Assembly (NCBI RefSeq): GCF_001194135.2
Contig: NC_068983.1
Span: 18,709,484-18,773,483, forward strand
DNA: 64,000 nucleotides
From: Octopus bimaculoides
Taxonomy: Eukaryota
Direction of reading: 5' to 3'
Shown here: one piece after another, positions 38,902 through 53,222 of the stretch
Numbering within the stretch: position 1 is the first letter of the stretch
Layout of the letters: each line of letters begins with the position of its first letter
The notes under the pieces: generated by a model
What the model was told of the DNA's origin: nothing
The model's database searches: none
Seen by the model: the letters and a program-made list of their open reading frames with translations, nothing else
Translations under genes and position numbers: made by a program

Positions 38902-38902
38902 A
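38200..38902 (+). mobile_element. 3' fragment of a different R4-clade family (REL endonuclease, 3' UTR, (AAT)n tail)
   Basis: NDHISLLWNFTIQTDRTIDANRP; IDMTVPID; KTYQKLSK; VVIGALG; EIQKIVLM.TAHILRKILSM* (stop at 38584-38586). It has a distinct UTR and a tail at about 38777-38902. Confidence 0.88.
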
Positions 38903-39902
38903 ATACCGCGTTAGTCGGAATATTATTATCCAAATAAGTTCCAGTTAGTAATAGACACTAGCTGAAATAGAAATGTTTACATACACACACACACACACAT
39001 GTTTATATGCATACATTCATACACACACTCACACATACACACACACACACANNNNNNNNNNNNNNNNNNNNNNNNNNNNNNNNNNNNNNNNNNNNNNNNN
39101 NNNNNNNNNNNNNNNNNNNNNNNNNNNNNNNNNNNNNNNNNNNNNNNNNNNNNNNNNNNNNNNNNNNNNNNNNNNNNNNNNNNNNNNNNNNNNNNNNNNN
39201 NNNNNNNNNNNNNNNNNNNNNNNNNNNNNNNNNNNNNNNNNNNNNNNNNNNNNNNNNNNNNNNNNNNNNNNNNNNNNNNNNNNNNNNNNNNNNNNNNNNN
39301 NNNNNNNNNNNNNNNNNNNNNNNNNNNNNNNNNNNNNNNNNNNNNNNNNNNNNNNNNNNNNNNNNNNNNNNNNNNNNNNNNNNNNNNNNNNNNNNNNNNN
39401 NNNNNNNNNNNNNNNNNNNNNNNNNNNNNNNNNNNNNNNNNNNNNNNNNNNNNNNNNNNNNNNNNNNNNNNNNNNNNNNNNNNNNNNNNNNNNNNNNNNN
39501 NNNNNNNNNNNNNNNNNNNNNNNNNNNNNNNNNNNNNNNNNNNNNNNNNNNNNNNNNNNNNNNNNNNNNNNNNNNNNNNNNNNNNNNNNNNNNNNNNNNN
39601 NNNNNNNNNNNNNNNNNNNNNNNNNNNNNNNNNNNNNNNNNNNNNNNNNNNNNNNNNNNNNNNNNNNNNNNNNNNNNNNNNNNNNNNNNNNNNNNNNNNN
39701 NNNNNNNNNNNNNNNNNNNNNNNNNNNNNNNNNNNNNNNNNNNNNNNNNNNNNNNNNNNNNNNNNNNNNNNNNNNNNNNNNNNNNNNNNNNNNNNNNNNN
39801 NNNNNNNNNNNNNNNNNNNNNNNNNNNNNNNNNNNNNNNNNNNNNNNNNNNNNNNNNNNNNNNNNNNNNNNNNNNNNNNNNNNNNNNNNNNNNNNNNNNN
39901 NN

Positions 39903-39941
<39 letters not shown>

Positions 39942-39942
<1 letters not shown>

Positions 39943-40297
39943 TCAATACCAGCAGATGACAACGTTTCTCTAAAAGAAATGGAAAAACTTTCAAAATACA
40001 AAGACCTGGAAATAGAGATAACTCGAATGTGGAATCTAAAAACAGAGACAATTCCTATCATAGTAGGTGCCTTAGGTATAATAAAAAAATATTCAGATAA
40101 ATACATAACAAAAACACTAGGACTTACAAATATATATAACATAGAGAAAATTGCACTACTGGGTACTACACACATTCTACGCAAAACACTTTCAATACAG
40201 TAAACATAAGAGCACCACAGCAAACCACAGCGCATACCCAAGGCGCAGAGAGCTGCGCTCGGTAGTGAAGTTAAAGCACGTCATAAAAATAAAACTA

Positions 40298-40378
<81 letters not shown>
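39942..40378 (+). mobile_element. R4/Dong-like family A short 3' fragment flanked on both sides by (AAT)n
   Basis: SIPADDNVSLKEMEKLSKYKDLEIEITRMW...IIVGALG...ILRKTLSIQ*. The last 175 nt differ from 38011-38185 at about 8 positions. (AAT)n lies at 39903-39941 and 40301-40378. Confidence 0.93.
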
Positions 40379-40379
<1 letters not shown>

Positions 40380-40957
40380 GTGGTGATGATGATCATGATG
40401 ATGTTTAAGACATTTCTGCAAGAAGAAGACAAATAAATTAACTAAATTCATGTTATTGGCAGGGAAACGTAATACGATTTTGTGGAAACCTCGATGCTAA
40501 CGAGGAGCAAACTGATTGGTGCGTCTTGCTGTAACTAATTTCGTGTGCAGCCGCTTGAAGATCTCAGTAAACATACAATAATTTTTGAAATATAAAGCTT
40601 ATGTACTATACACAATAGCATTAGATAAATTTGAAGTTGCACTAACAAATTTATAATTCATGCGAAACACTGTATTTACTTCTATATTGTTATATAATAA
40701 AGAGAGAGATGTGGTAACAAAAATTAGTAAGAGAGAGTAGGATTGTGGTATACACTTTCTTTCATGGGTATAAAAACAGTCAGGCATTCACATTATAGTT
40801 AGCTGAGCATCAATTAAAACGAGTATATTTTTGAAGTTCTCCCAACCTTAGTTTTAACTACATTTTCAATTGATCAGTAAGGGCACAGAAACAGAAATAT
40901 GGTAAATAATCATACAGATACACGCATACATACGCGGTGCACGCACACACACACACA

Positions 40958-41027
<70 letters not shown>

Positions 41028-43180
41028 ATACGTAAGTGGTGCGTGTAGCTTTTTCCCGTTTGTTCCCTTGTGTTGTTGACCTTTCTTTATTGGGTGAACT
41101 TTAATATTTATTGCCCGATATGATATTTGAAGAGGGCTATTTAAAATGAAATATATTAATAATACAATAGCCGGCGGGCATATTGTATTAGACATTCACA
41201 ATGAAATAAAACAATGATATAATTGCCGATATGGAGAATAGAAACGCGTCCTGTCCCTAGAAATTCAACAATGGGACATCGTGTGAATGTTCAGAATCGG
41301 TTTGTGCGAGAGCCTGAAATCGCCAAAGACCGAAGCTGTTTACTCTAATACCGGAGTTGAGAATTGTGAATCAGTCTAACGTTCCCAACATTCTGCGATG
41401 AGTTAGACGGCAGACGCTTTTTTTATAATGTGAGAAGAGGTAAAATTTCAGAACAATCGAGAAACCATTTCATGCTATTGCTTCCCGCTGATTGATATAT
41501 AGATCAATCACACGAATCAGTGATGAATCACTCGTGATGGTTAATTGAGTACCTAGCAGGTAGGTTTCGAAACACTACGCATATGTGTATATCTATCTAC
41601 GTAAACGAATAGCTATTTGTATGAATGTACATAAAAATATACAGAATGATAGAAATAGTGAGCAAAACAAAAAGGATATTGTATAGGAATCCACTAGTTA
41701 TAATTAACGATATTTCATATCTAGCATACTTCCTTCAAGTTTTGGTCATCCGTAGTTTAATATACATTTTTTTCATATTTCTGAACAGTGAACGAAAGGC
41801 ATTTTGAATAGAAACCAATGAATATTTCTCACACAATCATTTCATACGTAAATTGCTAGCGATATTAACTTATCAATTCTTCTTTTCTGCTGAAGTGAAT
41901 TCAACCTGATTTCATTAATCTATCACAAATGGATTCAGCTTTTAATTGAAGTTACGTATTTCACATTTGCAAAGATTATATTAAAACTGGTTCTCTTGCA
42001 CTTAGTGATCGACTATTGAAAGTGATATTACACCTGCTCTTGTCTTTGTCTTCTTTATGTGATGTGACATTGTCAAAGCGTATGACAAAGTTAATTCGCT
42101 AATCTACAACTTCAACAGCGTTGTTCGGCCAGTTACCAGCTATGAACTATTTTAACCAAGAAGCAGCATATTTTCTCATTAGGAACATGTATGCAGCTGG
42201 TGGCTGCGACATATCTAAAATGACAACTTGTTTCACAGAGCTATCGAATATGTATGTCACTGATAAGGATTGTGTAAAGTAGCTCAATCTCTGCTTTTGG
42301 TTTAACGTTGGGTCAACATTTGTATTTTCTGCCTTTCCTTTACGGCTTACCATTACATCCTACCTTTTCTGTGTCTGTAGTTGATCATTCGCACTTCACA
42401 TTTGATTTGCAGATTGCATGGAGATTAAATGCATTTCCTGATGCAAACATTCCTATGAGGATATTCTGTTTCATTATGCCAGTCTCTCTGGGAAGGTACA
42501 GTCACATTGTCTTATTTTAGAAAAAGACCACCTGCAAGTAGGGCGAAATGTTCGTCTCAACAGAGTACATTCGATACTTTCCTATCAGCTCTTGCAGGGC
42601 ACCACATCATGTTCAATTACTATCTCTAGCAGCTATCTCAAAAGCATGTTCATTTTTCTCCATTAGGGTTTCATACAGAGATCGAAGCAATGATTGATGA
42701 AACTCCTACTCCTTCACGTATAACCATGCTATTCTAGAGGAAAATGTCTTTGAAATAGACATAACTACAATATGGTTTTAAATTCGGAATCATTTCGCTT
42801 TTTGATGTGCAAAAACGTCCTTTATCTACGGTCTTGCATATACACAACTCAGCATTTCACTTCATAAAAACAAAGCCGTAGGGCATTTTCGTATCTGAAA
42901 TACACATATTTCCATTTAATTTATGCAAAAGCGTCTTTTCACGAATCTACATTCTATATTCAAACTTCTCTCTAAAATATCAGTGTCGACGACTGCTACA
43001 CAGTTCTTTCACTGTTTTAAGAATTTCTTCAACATATATCAAGTTTTCAATTATCTCTCATCCTATACATAAAGCATGATTTACATTTCAATATCTATGA
43101 AACATCGATAATGTATACTTCGATATTAAAATTCTCGCTCGCAATTAAGCTCTTCCACCAAAAACATTAGTAAGTTTCAA

Positions 43181-43587
43181 GGCGGTGAGCTGGCAGAAAG
43201 GTTAACATGCCGGACGAAATGTTTAGCGGTATTTCGTCTGCCGCTACGTTCTGAGTTCAAATTCCGCCAAGGTCGACTTAAATAAGTACCAGTTACGCAC
43301 TGGGGCCGATGTAATCGACTTAATCCCTTTGTCTGTCCTTGTTTGTCCTCTCTGTGTGTAGCCCCTTGTGGGCAATAAAGAAATAAGAAACGCTAACACG
43401 CCGGGCGAAATACTTAGCGGTATTTCGTCTAGCTTTATGTTCCGAGTTCAAATTCCGCCAAGAACGATTTTGCTTTTCATCCTTTAGGCGTCCATAAAAT
43501 AAGTACCAGTTTCGTAGTGGCGTCGATTTAATCGACTGCTATCCTCAAAAATTTCGGACCTTGTGCCTAGAGTAGAAAAGAACATTA
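43181..43587 (+). mobile_element. Dimeric tRNA-derived SINE (monomers 43181-43387 and 43387-43587 with different tails)
   Basis: Both monomers carry GAGTTCAAATTCCGCC. The first ends TTAATCCCTTTGTCTGTCC...AATAAAGAAATAA and has lost the segment between two GTCGA repeats. The second ends CCTTGTGCCTAGAGTAGAAAAGA. Confidence 0.92.
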
Positions 43588-43804
43588 CTAAGCTTTTCTC
43601 TAACCTTTATAAGCACATGCATATTTACAATGCCTTTGAATATCTTTCATGTCCACATTCACATTTTAATAAACCATTGTTAGGGATCTTTAAGAAATGC
43701 TAGTCAATGGCTAAGTAGTCGAATTACGGTCGTATTGCAAAATAAAGACGAGCAAAAATTTGCAGTTATAGACCAATCCAATAACATATTTTTTTCTAAT
43801 TTAG

Positions 43805-44246
43805 GCACCCATAACAAAGGTAGGTAATCCCTGTTCGTTGTGCAATAACATGAGTCAGACCAATTCCATCAAGAATTATAACAGAAATTTTATGATTTAC
43901 ATAGGAGGGACCTGTAAAGATTCCCATCTGGAATGCACCAAACACAAGATGACTTATGTTGGTTGCACATAAGTTTGATTACAAAAAGGATTTAACGGAC
44001 ATAGGTACGACGTTAGCAACGATAATAATGGTTCCACGGAACTTGCATTTCACATGGAACGGATGTAAATTTGAGGAAGACCTGAAGGTGCACATTCTAA
44101 AAGAATACCCTCACTCCACTGCACTTTCAGTCCTCAAGACCCATGAGGTTAGATATATTTGCGAACTGTTCACATCTCAGCCTGGAGGGATTAATAAAAT
44201 GGCAGGTGAATTCCACTATATTTGTACTAAATTTTGGACTGAATAA
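43805..44246 (+). mobile_element. Penelope-like element GIY-YIG endonuclease remnant with Cys-rich linker
   Basis: PCSLC...GGTCKDSHL-ECTKHKMTYVGCT*..LQKGFNGHRYDV...TELAFH, then after a frameshift LKVHILK...HEVRYICELFTSQPGGINK: YIG-like, Arg, Glu and terminal Asn motifs. Confidence 0.72.
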
Positions 44247-44543
44247 TTTTTCCCAATTCTTTTCTTTTAGTTTTTTTCTCTCTCTTTCATTCTTTCTGCT
44301 ACCTTTTGTTAAAGACCGAAGACTGATGACGTCGTTTTACTTCAAAAGAAACGCAGTTATTCCGGTTTAATTTTGAATGCTTCAGCGTTTCCTATCTTTG
44401 AATTTAATTTCACTCTATATTTTGAACTTGTAAAAGACACACGAAGTGTCAAAATATTGTTCATTCGTTTCATTTTCATTTTAATAAACAGAGTCAATCT
44501 CTATCTATTACCAATAACAGTCGCGCTCTACTTCTTCTTCTTT

Positions 44544-44582
<39 letters not shown>

Positions 44583-47500
44583 TGGACGTGCTACACCGGA
44601 CTTCCCATTCAAAAACAAATCTAATCTAATAACATCGGTGGAAGACTTGAAGCAAGCGGCCTTTTAACGAAAATAATAATAAAAAATAACACGAATTTTA
44701 CTGCCATTCAAAGCATAGTTTCTCCCGTAGACGATGTCTCAGTGAAACATGTGAGAAAGACACATGTGAAATCAACATCGGGAAGTTTACAGAGTATAAA
44801 ATATAAGTGGAACACATCAGTAAGTACACAAATTGATTAATTGCGCTTACTCTCGAACGTCTACACCCTCCAAGCACTCCACCTGCTCAAAAAAACACAC
44901 CACATAGTCGCTTTCTCGAACGTCTACACAATCATAAGTACATCTTCATACCCGCAGGACTTCGCAATGTTTACAAAGCTATCTGAATGCTTACACATCT
45001 ACGTGAAATTTACGTGACACACATATAGGCATCTGAAAGCACACGTCACAAACGAAGCAAAAAAAAAAGAACAAAAAAACACAAAGAAACAATTTTGTTC
45101 TAACTAATACAGAGTGAACAATTCATAAATTTAAAAACACCACATAAAAGATAAAAATGTCCGGAGATATACCTACTAACAAAGAAATACAGGTGCATAC
45201 AGATCTATTAGCGTTAAAATGCTATGTTACGAGCAATTTTTTTTGTCAGAGAACTCGGAGGCGGTGTTATCTCAAAATATTAACCCTAAACAGACAGATC
45301 CGTCTCCAAATTTCAACGTCCAGGCTAGGCATGCCTCAGTGATAAAGCAAATTGGCCGTTACCCGTATAAACAAAGGCTGCATATCCCTGTGAGGAAATG
45401 TATTACATTTCATACATCCGCTCGTTGTTGTGGATGTTGGGATCAGTTCCTTGGAAATAGAAAAATAAAATATTAGCCAAAAATAAACATGAATGTTATT
45501 TTCCCTCAGTCCCTGTATGTAGATACGGCAAACGTTTGACGTTTTCTGTACAATTGCGCTTCTTGCAAGTACTCTATTTCATGCAAATCCTTCGTTTTGA
45601 AGAGAGACTCGTAGAAACACACCTATGTCGTTACCATACAACAATGATGATTGCATCCGCAATAACAATAAGATCAATAATAGCAATAATTACAGCTGTG
45701 CACATACTGTGTTCACCTAGGGGTTAGTTTGAAATACGGTGGAATAAGCAAAAACCAATAATAAATAGTTATTATTTCAATTTCTTTTACAATGTAAGTT
45801 ATATGTTCATAGGTTAAACTACACCAAGGTAAAATGAGCTCAGCTAGGGAAAAAAATGTGTTTCGATGTTTCGATATCTAATTCCGTTGTCAATGACAGC
45901 GCATAATAGTTATCAATGACTGCATACAGTGCACATTCGTTTACTATTTTCGGAATGCTAACATCATATTGTGAATAGATTACGACGTCTTCAGGCGTCT
46001 AATATTAGGTATTGTAATTTAGAAATCTTATATGTTTATTCATTCTTCACTTCCTTGCTTTAATTGACTATATTTTGAATGGAGCTGAACCTAATACCAA
46101 TTCAAATTCACTTTCCTTGATATAAAAATATATGAATTCCATAAATGAATAAATATATAATAACATAATGAATTGGAGTAAAAGAAAATAATGTAGAATT
46201 TATTCAATCAATATATTTTATTTCCTTTTTAAACATTAGAGATAGTTTTTATTGAGAACTACGATATTGAATTTAAAACAAGCTTAATTTTCTTTTTTTC
46301 TCTCTCTCGTATTTAATTGAAATATTATAATACATCATCGCAACAATGTATTCTAATATCCATTGTTGTTATCTAAATTCAAAAATGTGCTATAAAAAAA
46401 TATTCAATTCAGCAGATATAATAACGAACAAAATAGTTCCTTTATTCTTTAGAAAAGCTATTATTTTGTGAGATTAACTCTGTGATTAAAGACAATATTC
46501 CGTTTTATGAGGAAATGCAAAATATGTACAATGGCTTGCCATATTAGATATCTTATAAACAACTAAGAAAAGTATATATATACATATATATTAACCGTTC
46601 CCGCAAAGCGTTCGGGTACAATAACATTTGGATATGATGCAGCTCTGTTTGAAGTGGCAGCCTGTAAAGTAATTTTTCTTCAGAAGAATGAATTTTACTA
46701 CCGAAAATCTTTAGGTTAATATTCTTATCTAAGCCATAACTAATACAAAATTGAATGTTTGTATATAATTAGACTTCCGTCATTCAACTCAATGGAAGAA
46801 AACGTGTTCTCACCTGTTATATATTTCCAAATTTTTATCACGGTTACGCATGTTTTAAATGATTAGGATGCTATCAACTTTGGTGTCTGAGTATTTGTAT
46901 AGTAAGTTAATGAGTGCTGCTAACTCTTTGGCGTGATGGTACCAGTTTTGCTCACTGCGCACTCACTACTTCTAACTTCTTTTTGTTGAAGCTTCTTCTG
47001 TTGTTCATTGTATATTCAACGTAATATAGCGAACCTACTTTTTTAAAACATAAAGATAGTACTTTAACGTAATTTATTGTTTTCATTTAACTTCGTTTAA
47101 AATATGTTAGTCTATTACAAATAAGACAACAATAACATTGAAGTGCTTATATTTACTTCTACAATCAACTTTTCTCTCAATACTGAATACACTCTAAACA
47201 TTTTTACCACTAATAATGTAAATATAAATTGATCCTTTTCTTCTTTCAAATTTATAATATATCCTTTGATTCAATGTATGGTTACATGATTTATCTAAAT
47301 ATATTATCATGTGTATTTCAACCAAGAGAGCAGATGCCTAAAGATACTGTATAAACTGAATGATAAATATATAATGCATATTTTAATATTTATTACTATG
47401 TCCAAATCACCTATATATAAATGTATTCAACACAATGTTGTTCGAGATTGATAAATGTATATTAATATTACATGGTAAATGATTCCAGTATCCATTTCGG

Positions 47501-48682
47501 AAACTAACTTCTACCATAGACATATATGTTGATGAAATTAATAGTATGACAGATAGTAATACCTTGATTTGTGACAATTCTCAACTTCAGCAACAGTATA
47601 GAATTTCTCAGCATAAACTTGTGCCAGTAGCAGTCAAATGTGCTTGCATACATGCACACAACCGCGCGCACGTCACACACAAATACACACACACACATAT
47701 GCGTTTATAGCGATGGAAAGTTGATTATTTCAAATTAGCAACATGTACATCACATTTAGAGCAGATATGTGTTGAAAGATTTCTACCCTGAGCATTCGCC
47801 TTATTACTGCATGTGTTATGGACGTACAATTTTTTAAAACACAGAAATATAATGGCTGTTTGCGAAAATTGTCCACTAGCAGCTGTAGTTTTTGTTAAAT
47901 ATGTATTTCTGCTGTTCTGCTTCTTTGACATTCGCAGTCGCAAGTATCCACTGGTACTGCGTAATAAGCGAGAGTCCACTGCTACTGTAACAAATAAATA
48001 TAAGCACGTTTGTGAGAGAATGTAAACCTCACGGAAAGGTTTCTATCGACGTTCTCGTTGTGGTCTTTAAGTTAGAATCGCTTTTTAAGGAAAAAGTTTC
48101 AGTTTCATCCGGTTCTACAAAGCTTATTTATAATACAATTTGTCGGATTATTCTGATCATTCATATTCTCTGATATTGTATGGTTGGTTTCCGCAATTCT
48201 TCTAATCAATAAAATACATGTTTCAAATCATATTGGATTCTACATGCTGTTTTTGATTGTTGACAATATTAATAATAATCTTCCGTGGAATTCTAAAATT
48301 AACTTTTTTAAAATTCAGCATTTTTAATCATATTCACGTGGTCTTCATAAACAGCATGAAATTTTGGTGTAGCGAATTTCAATGCGAGTTAAATAGAAAT
48401 TTCCTTTCAAATATTACTTTTTTCTTATTTGATCTATCTTTGTTTCTTATGAAGAAATCATACAGTCTTATTCCTGAAATAAAAGAATTTGAGTATGTGA
48501 TTATTGTACTAGATATGGTGTACGGCGCCTATAATTTTCTTCTAATTTGAGGTTCCGAATTATTTCTTCTCCATATCTTGTGGTTAAAATTAAGTTACGA
48601 TTTCATTTCCAGGATAAATAAACGTATTGAATAATTGTTATTTCGAATGAAGCATAATAAATTATACCAATTCTTAGAACTC

Positions 48683-48720
<38 letters not shown>

Positions 48721-48837
48721 NNNNNNNNNNNNNNNNNNNNNNNNNNNNNNNNNNNNNNNNNNNNNNNNNNNNNNNNNNNNNNNNNNNNNNNNNNNNNNNN
48801 NNNNNNNNNNNNNNNNNNNNNNNNNNNNNNNNNNNNN

Positions 48838-48904
<67 letters not shown>

Positions 48905-49199
48905 TATAGGGATATTAGCAAAAAATGAAAAAAATTCAGAAGATATGTATTCATGTATAAGCATATAAATATTTGTATATTTACTGAACATATTTACATG
49001 CCTTATAAAAAAAATACAGATGACTAAGATATGGAGATATGTTAGTTCAGTTCCGACACCTTTTTTCTGGGAGCTAGGAATCATGTAATATTTGTTTTGT
49101 TGGAAGACGTGTATGGAAAGTATAAGTCAAGTATAAGCAACCAACAGTAGATGCTTAGAAACATTACCGTAAATGCTGCCTCCGTCATATTTAGGATCA

Positions 49200-49720
49200 T
49201 AATGTAGTGAAGTTAAGTGTAGACTTTAAGGTTGAACAGTTTCAAACAGATGTAGGCGGTTAGAGGAAGGAGATATTGCTGAAGCAGGAAAAAGGCGGGA
49301 AGAGATAGGAAGATGGAGGGCGTGAGTGACCAGGAGATTGAGAGAAGTATGTGATGAGTCAAGAGACAACTGAGTAGATGTGGTACAGAGAGTGTTGTGA
49401 AACGTTGCTTCGTTGATGAGCGTATTGTCAAAAGATATTACTCAGGGCTGAGGAAGGCAAGTAGACACGGTAAGAGTGGGAGAAGCGGGTACTAAAATAA
49501 GGGAAGATATCAAGTTATAGATGCAGGCAGTGAAGAGCAGCGGAAATTCGAACAATGAAGGAGACTTTGCGACGCAGAGAGATTACTGAAGTAGGTGGGT
49601 ATGTATAAATGTAAATGCAGAGAAGAGGACAAAGAGGGGGAAAACGTGGAGATATGATGGTAGCAATATCAAGGTTTAGGTCAAGGGATTTGGTATTTAT
49701 CTTTACCTTGTACAACGGTT
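49200..49720 (-). mobile_element. Degenerate CR1/L2 (Jockey-group) LINE 3' remnant
   Basis: Purine-rich on the + strand. Minus translation SLRRKVS and THH..SI..T..SLPA...AY.L.LF..KV resembles the CR1-type ORF2 end. Confidence 0.4.
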
Positions 49721-50069
49721 CTTTCGACCCATCCTGCTATTGTGCCTAATGGTGGAACTCCGTTCAACATGTGTTGCATCCATTTTGTACTCTGAGTTTC
49801 CCTAAATATCCTGAGCTGAGTTGAAGCTGCCCTGTTGCTATATGCTCGTCTGGTTAGGGTATATATATATACATATACGTATGTATATATATACATATAT
49901 ATATATANNNNNNNNNNNNNNNNNNNNNNNNNNNNNNNNNNNNNNNNNNNNNNNNNNNNNNNNNNNNNNNNNNNNNNNNNNNNNNNNNNNNNNNNNNNNN
50001 NNNNNNNNNNNNNNNNNNNNNNNNNNNNNNNNNNNNNNNNNNNNNNNNNNNNNNNNNNNNNNNNNNNNN

Positions 50070-50104
<35 letters not shown>

Positions 50105-51869
50105 ATACATGTATGTTTGTTATGAATGCTTGTATGTACGTAGGTACGTACATATATGTGTGTCTGTGTGTGTACCTATGGAAATTTTGAATGGATGAAG
50201 TACGCACACAGACAAAGAGCATTTGTACGAGACATGTACTTAATTTATTGAAGGGATATGGAATCAAGATTTATTTAAAGCTGTTTGAATGCGTGCCACT
50301 CTCGTATTTCGTAGTTTAGCTTCATGGCATTTAATTCTATTTCTGCTATTAATCTAATACTTCCTTACCACACCGTCCATACTCGATACATGACTAATTG
50401 TAAATCTGTACTTGCAATAATTCTCACACCGGTATATACCTATAATGATATTATCATTTTAATTAAGTTTCCTTTATTTAACCTTCCTCTGACGCGTATT
50501 CTAATCCGACGTTTATATCACTTTCTTCAGTAAATCCATACATCCTTTCTGCAGTGTTTCTGTCAATTCTCATACAAATCGTGCTAAATGCGATCATGCA
50601 ATATAGTAATGATAGTTGATTATTTCCAGTATATGTCTTCGATTTTTCTCTATTTTCACATATAACTTATTAGAATTTTACACGTAAAGAGTTAAAGAGA
50701 TATTTCCCGTTTGAAGCATTCCTCTCTTAACGGAGAAAGGGTTAGTTTTTATAATTCAAATTTTGTCTAAATTTGCAGCATCTTGTATCACTTTCTCATG
50801 ATGAGTGCATTGCATCTATATTGTACTTGTCCTCATTTATGTCTCTCAAGGTTCGTATAATTAGAAAATCGTGAAAAGAAATCAGTTGTCAAACTACACA
50901 ATACACCGGCGAAAGTTCTAGAGTGTTTGCGAATAAACCTATTGACAAATACTTAATATTTACAGAGATATGAGCTCTATAACTACATACTTGTTCTTCT
51001 GGAAAAACAACATACTATGTAAAATATAAGGTACAAGTTCTCTCTATTCATTAGTGAAATAGTTATAGTCATACACTTCCCCCACACACACAGACACGCA
51101 TATATGTATAGACACATACACACATTTCCACACACACACATATATACACACTCAAAAACGCAGACGCACACATTAGGTACATTTAAATTCCCTTATATAA
51201 ATACATTAATAAAAAAAATGTTTTACATGTTTCGGTTGTTTATAAACCTCATCAAATATATGTACTTAAATGAAATATGTAGAGAAACAAAATATTAATA
51301 AAATTAATAAACGTCGTAGTGTACTTTTCCTTTTTTCTGCAAGAGCACGTGATAATTTCCATTAATTTTCGTGGCATTGCTTACCACCACCACCACTACC
51401 ATCACCACCTCTCGACAAGTATAGCCTGTCGGTGTCACTCTTAGGGTGGAAGGCTCCATGAACTGTCAATATTTTTCTTGCCTTCGCATTCGTGTCCATC
51501 AGTTCTTTCAATTATTTTCACTTTCCGAGACACGTCCAGTGTCCTAGGGCCAGTGAAGGATAAGAGATGTTACGGTATGACTGAAAGCTATGGGAGGGGG
51601 AAGTGGCAGAGTCAATAGCGAAATATCTTCATGTAACACATGGCATTTAATACAGATATTTAAACGGATAGGATTTTTCTAATGATGTGAGCTGTACTTG
51701 TCAGCACAACCTTTGGGGCTTCTCTGAGATATGGTTCTCCTGAGATATTATCTACATGATTCTGACTTCCCTTTATTATCATACGTAGGGCACCCAAAAT
51801 AACAGGAACGATTCTTGCTAGAGCGAGAACCGTTGCCACATCTTTTGTATTTTAATTTTCAGGTCCTTT

Positions 51870-51892
51870 TATTATTATTATTATTATTATTA

Positions 51893-51948
<56 letters not shown>
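51870..51948. repeat. (TTA)n microsatellite
   Basis: Read directly. Confidence 0.92.
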
Positions 51949-51951
<3 letters not shown>

Positions 51952-53161
51952 TTTTTTATTATTTTTTATTGTGTATTAATGAACCTATGGTTTATAATTT
52001 CAGCATGTCAATAGAAATTATACGGCTGAAATTACCTCAACCCTGATTCAATATTTTGCGTGATGAAACATGACATGATTTAAATAGAGTTGCGTGCATT
52101 GTTTTCCATATTTCAATACAGGAATTGAATTATTTTTCAAGAAATAACGAAGGACACACATATCCATGGGCTAATGTGTCTACATAGATCTTCACTCTAA
52201 CAACAGAAACTAATTAGTATACAATAATTGATATATCATGTAAACTTTCCGAATACTTCACAACTTTATACCTTAATCCAATTTTGAAAATCAAAGTACT
52301 TCTGCTAACTTACTTTATGTATTCAGTTATGCGTCCATTGATGCAGTACTGTCCATGAATATAAACGCGTCTCTCTGATAAACATTTATGTATTTATCTG
52401 TCGCTTAACATAAGGTGTGTTATGTTCCGTCCGAACAATTCCAAATATATATCATTAAACAGACAAAACTACTTTCCTGTGACGATATAGATTAAATTTA
52501 AAACAGAGATGTCTCTAGAGTATCTAATGAAACTTTACCATTCAGATGGAACATCATTATATTTGTTTCATGTGAATTATATGATTAGCAGATATTATTC
52601 CAAGTGAATCTATATAAATACGAATAATTTCAGATACACCAATAATCTATACAGTTTCATCTTATAACAATTATAAGCTATTCCCAAATTGGTTTTAACA
52701 AATAAGTTTGAACATATTCAATGGCCATAGAAATATCATTAGGTAAAAGCCGTTGCTCTCTCAACCAATTATTTTTTGAAAAAATACAAAGTATATCTGA
52801 ATGATTTGAAGTTGTTTGGTAGATCCATGTACTATCGATCTAAACCTATTCGAAGTAGGGCTAGAACCTACAGGGAAATGTGCTAACGGCTCTTAACCAA
52901 TAAGTGTTATAAAACTTTTCTATCGCACATTCAAAATAGTATGGAAAAGACATCACTGGGGGTGAGATCTCGTCACCATATCTGTATAGAAAGCTACGGG
53001 AATTAAGGGGAATTAACTGACTCATGTCGGATTAAGATCTCAAAGCGATTACATTTTCTCATGAGGTTAACCCACTTTCAATCTGTTTAATCTGCCATGA
53101 TTTTGCATGACAGCCGTTTAAAGGGTATATTTGGGAGTTTGAGATGGAAATAAAATCCTAT

Positions 53162-53222
<61 letters not shown>

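Noticed and set aside
43181-43270. tRNA gene call for SINE heads with A/B-box-like motifs
   Set aside because: No cloverleaf can be formed, the B-box has an extra base, and the heads continue into SINE bodies present in many diverged copies.
46596-46625. CCCG...CGGG hairpin resembling a Helitron 3' end
   Set aside because: There is no CTRR terminus at the expected distance and no linked Helitron sequence.
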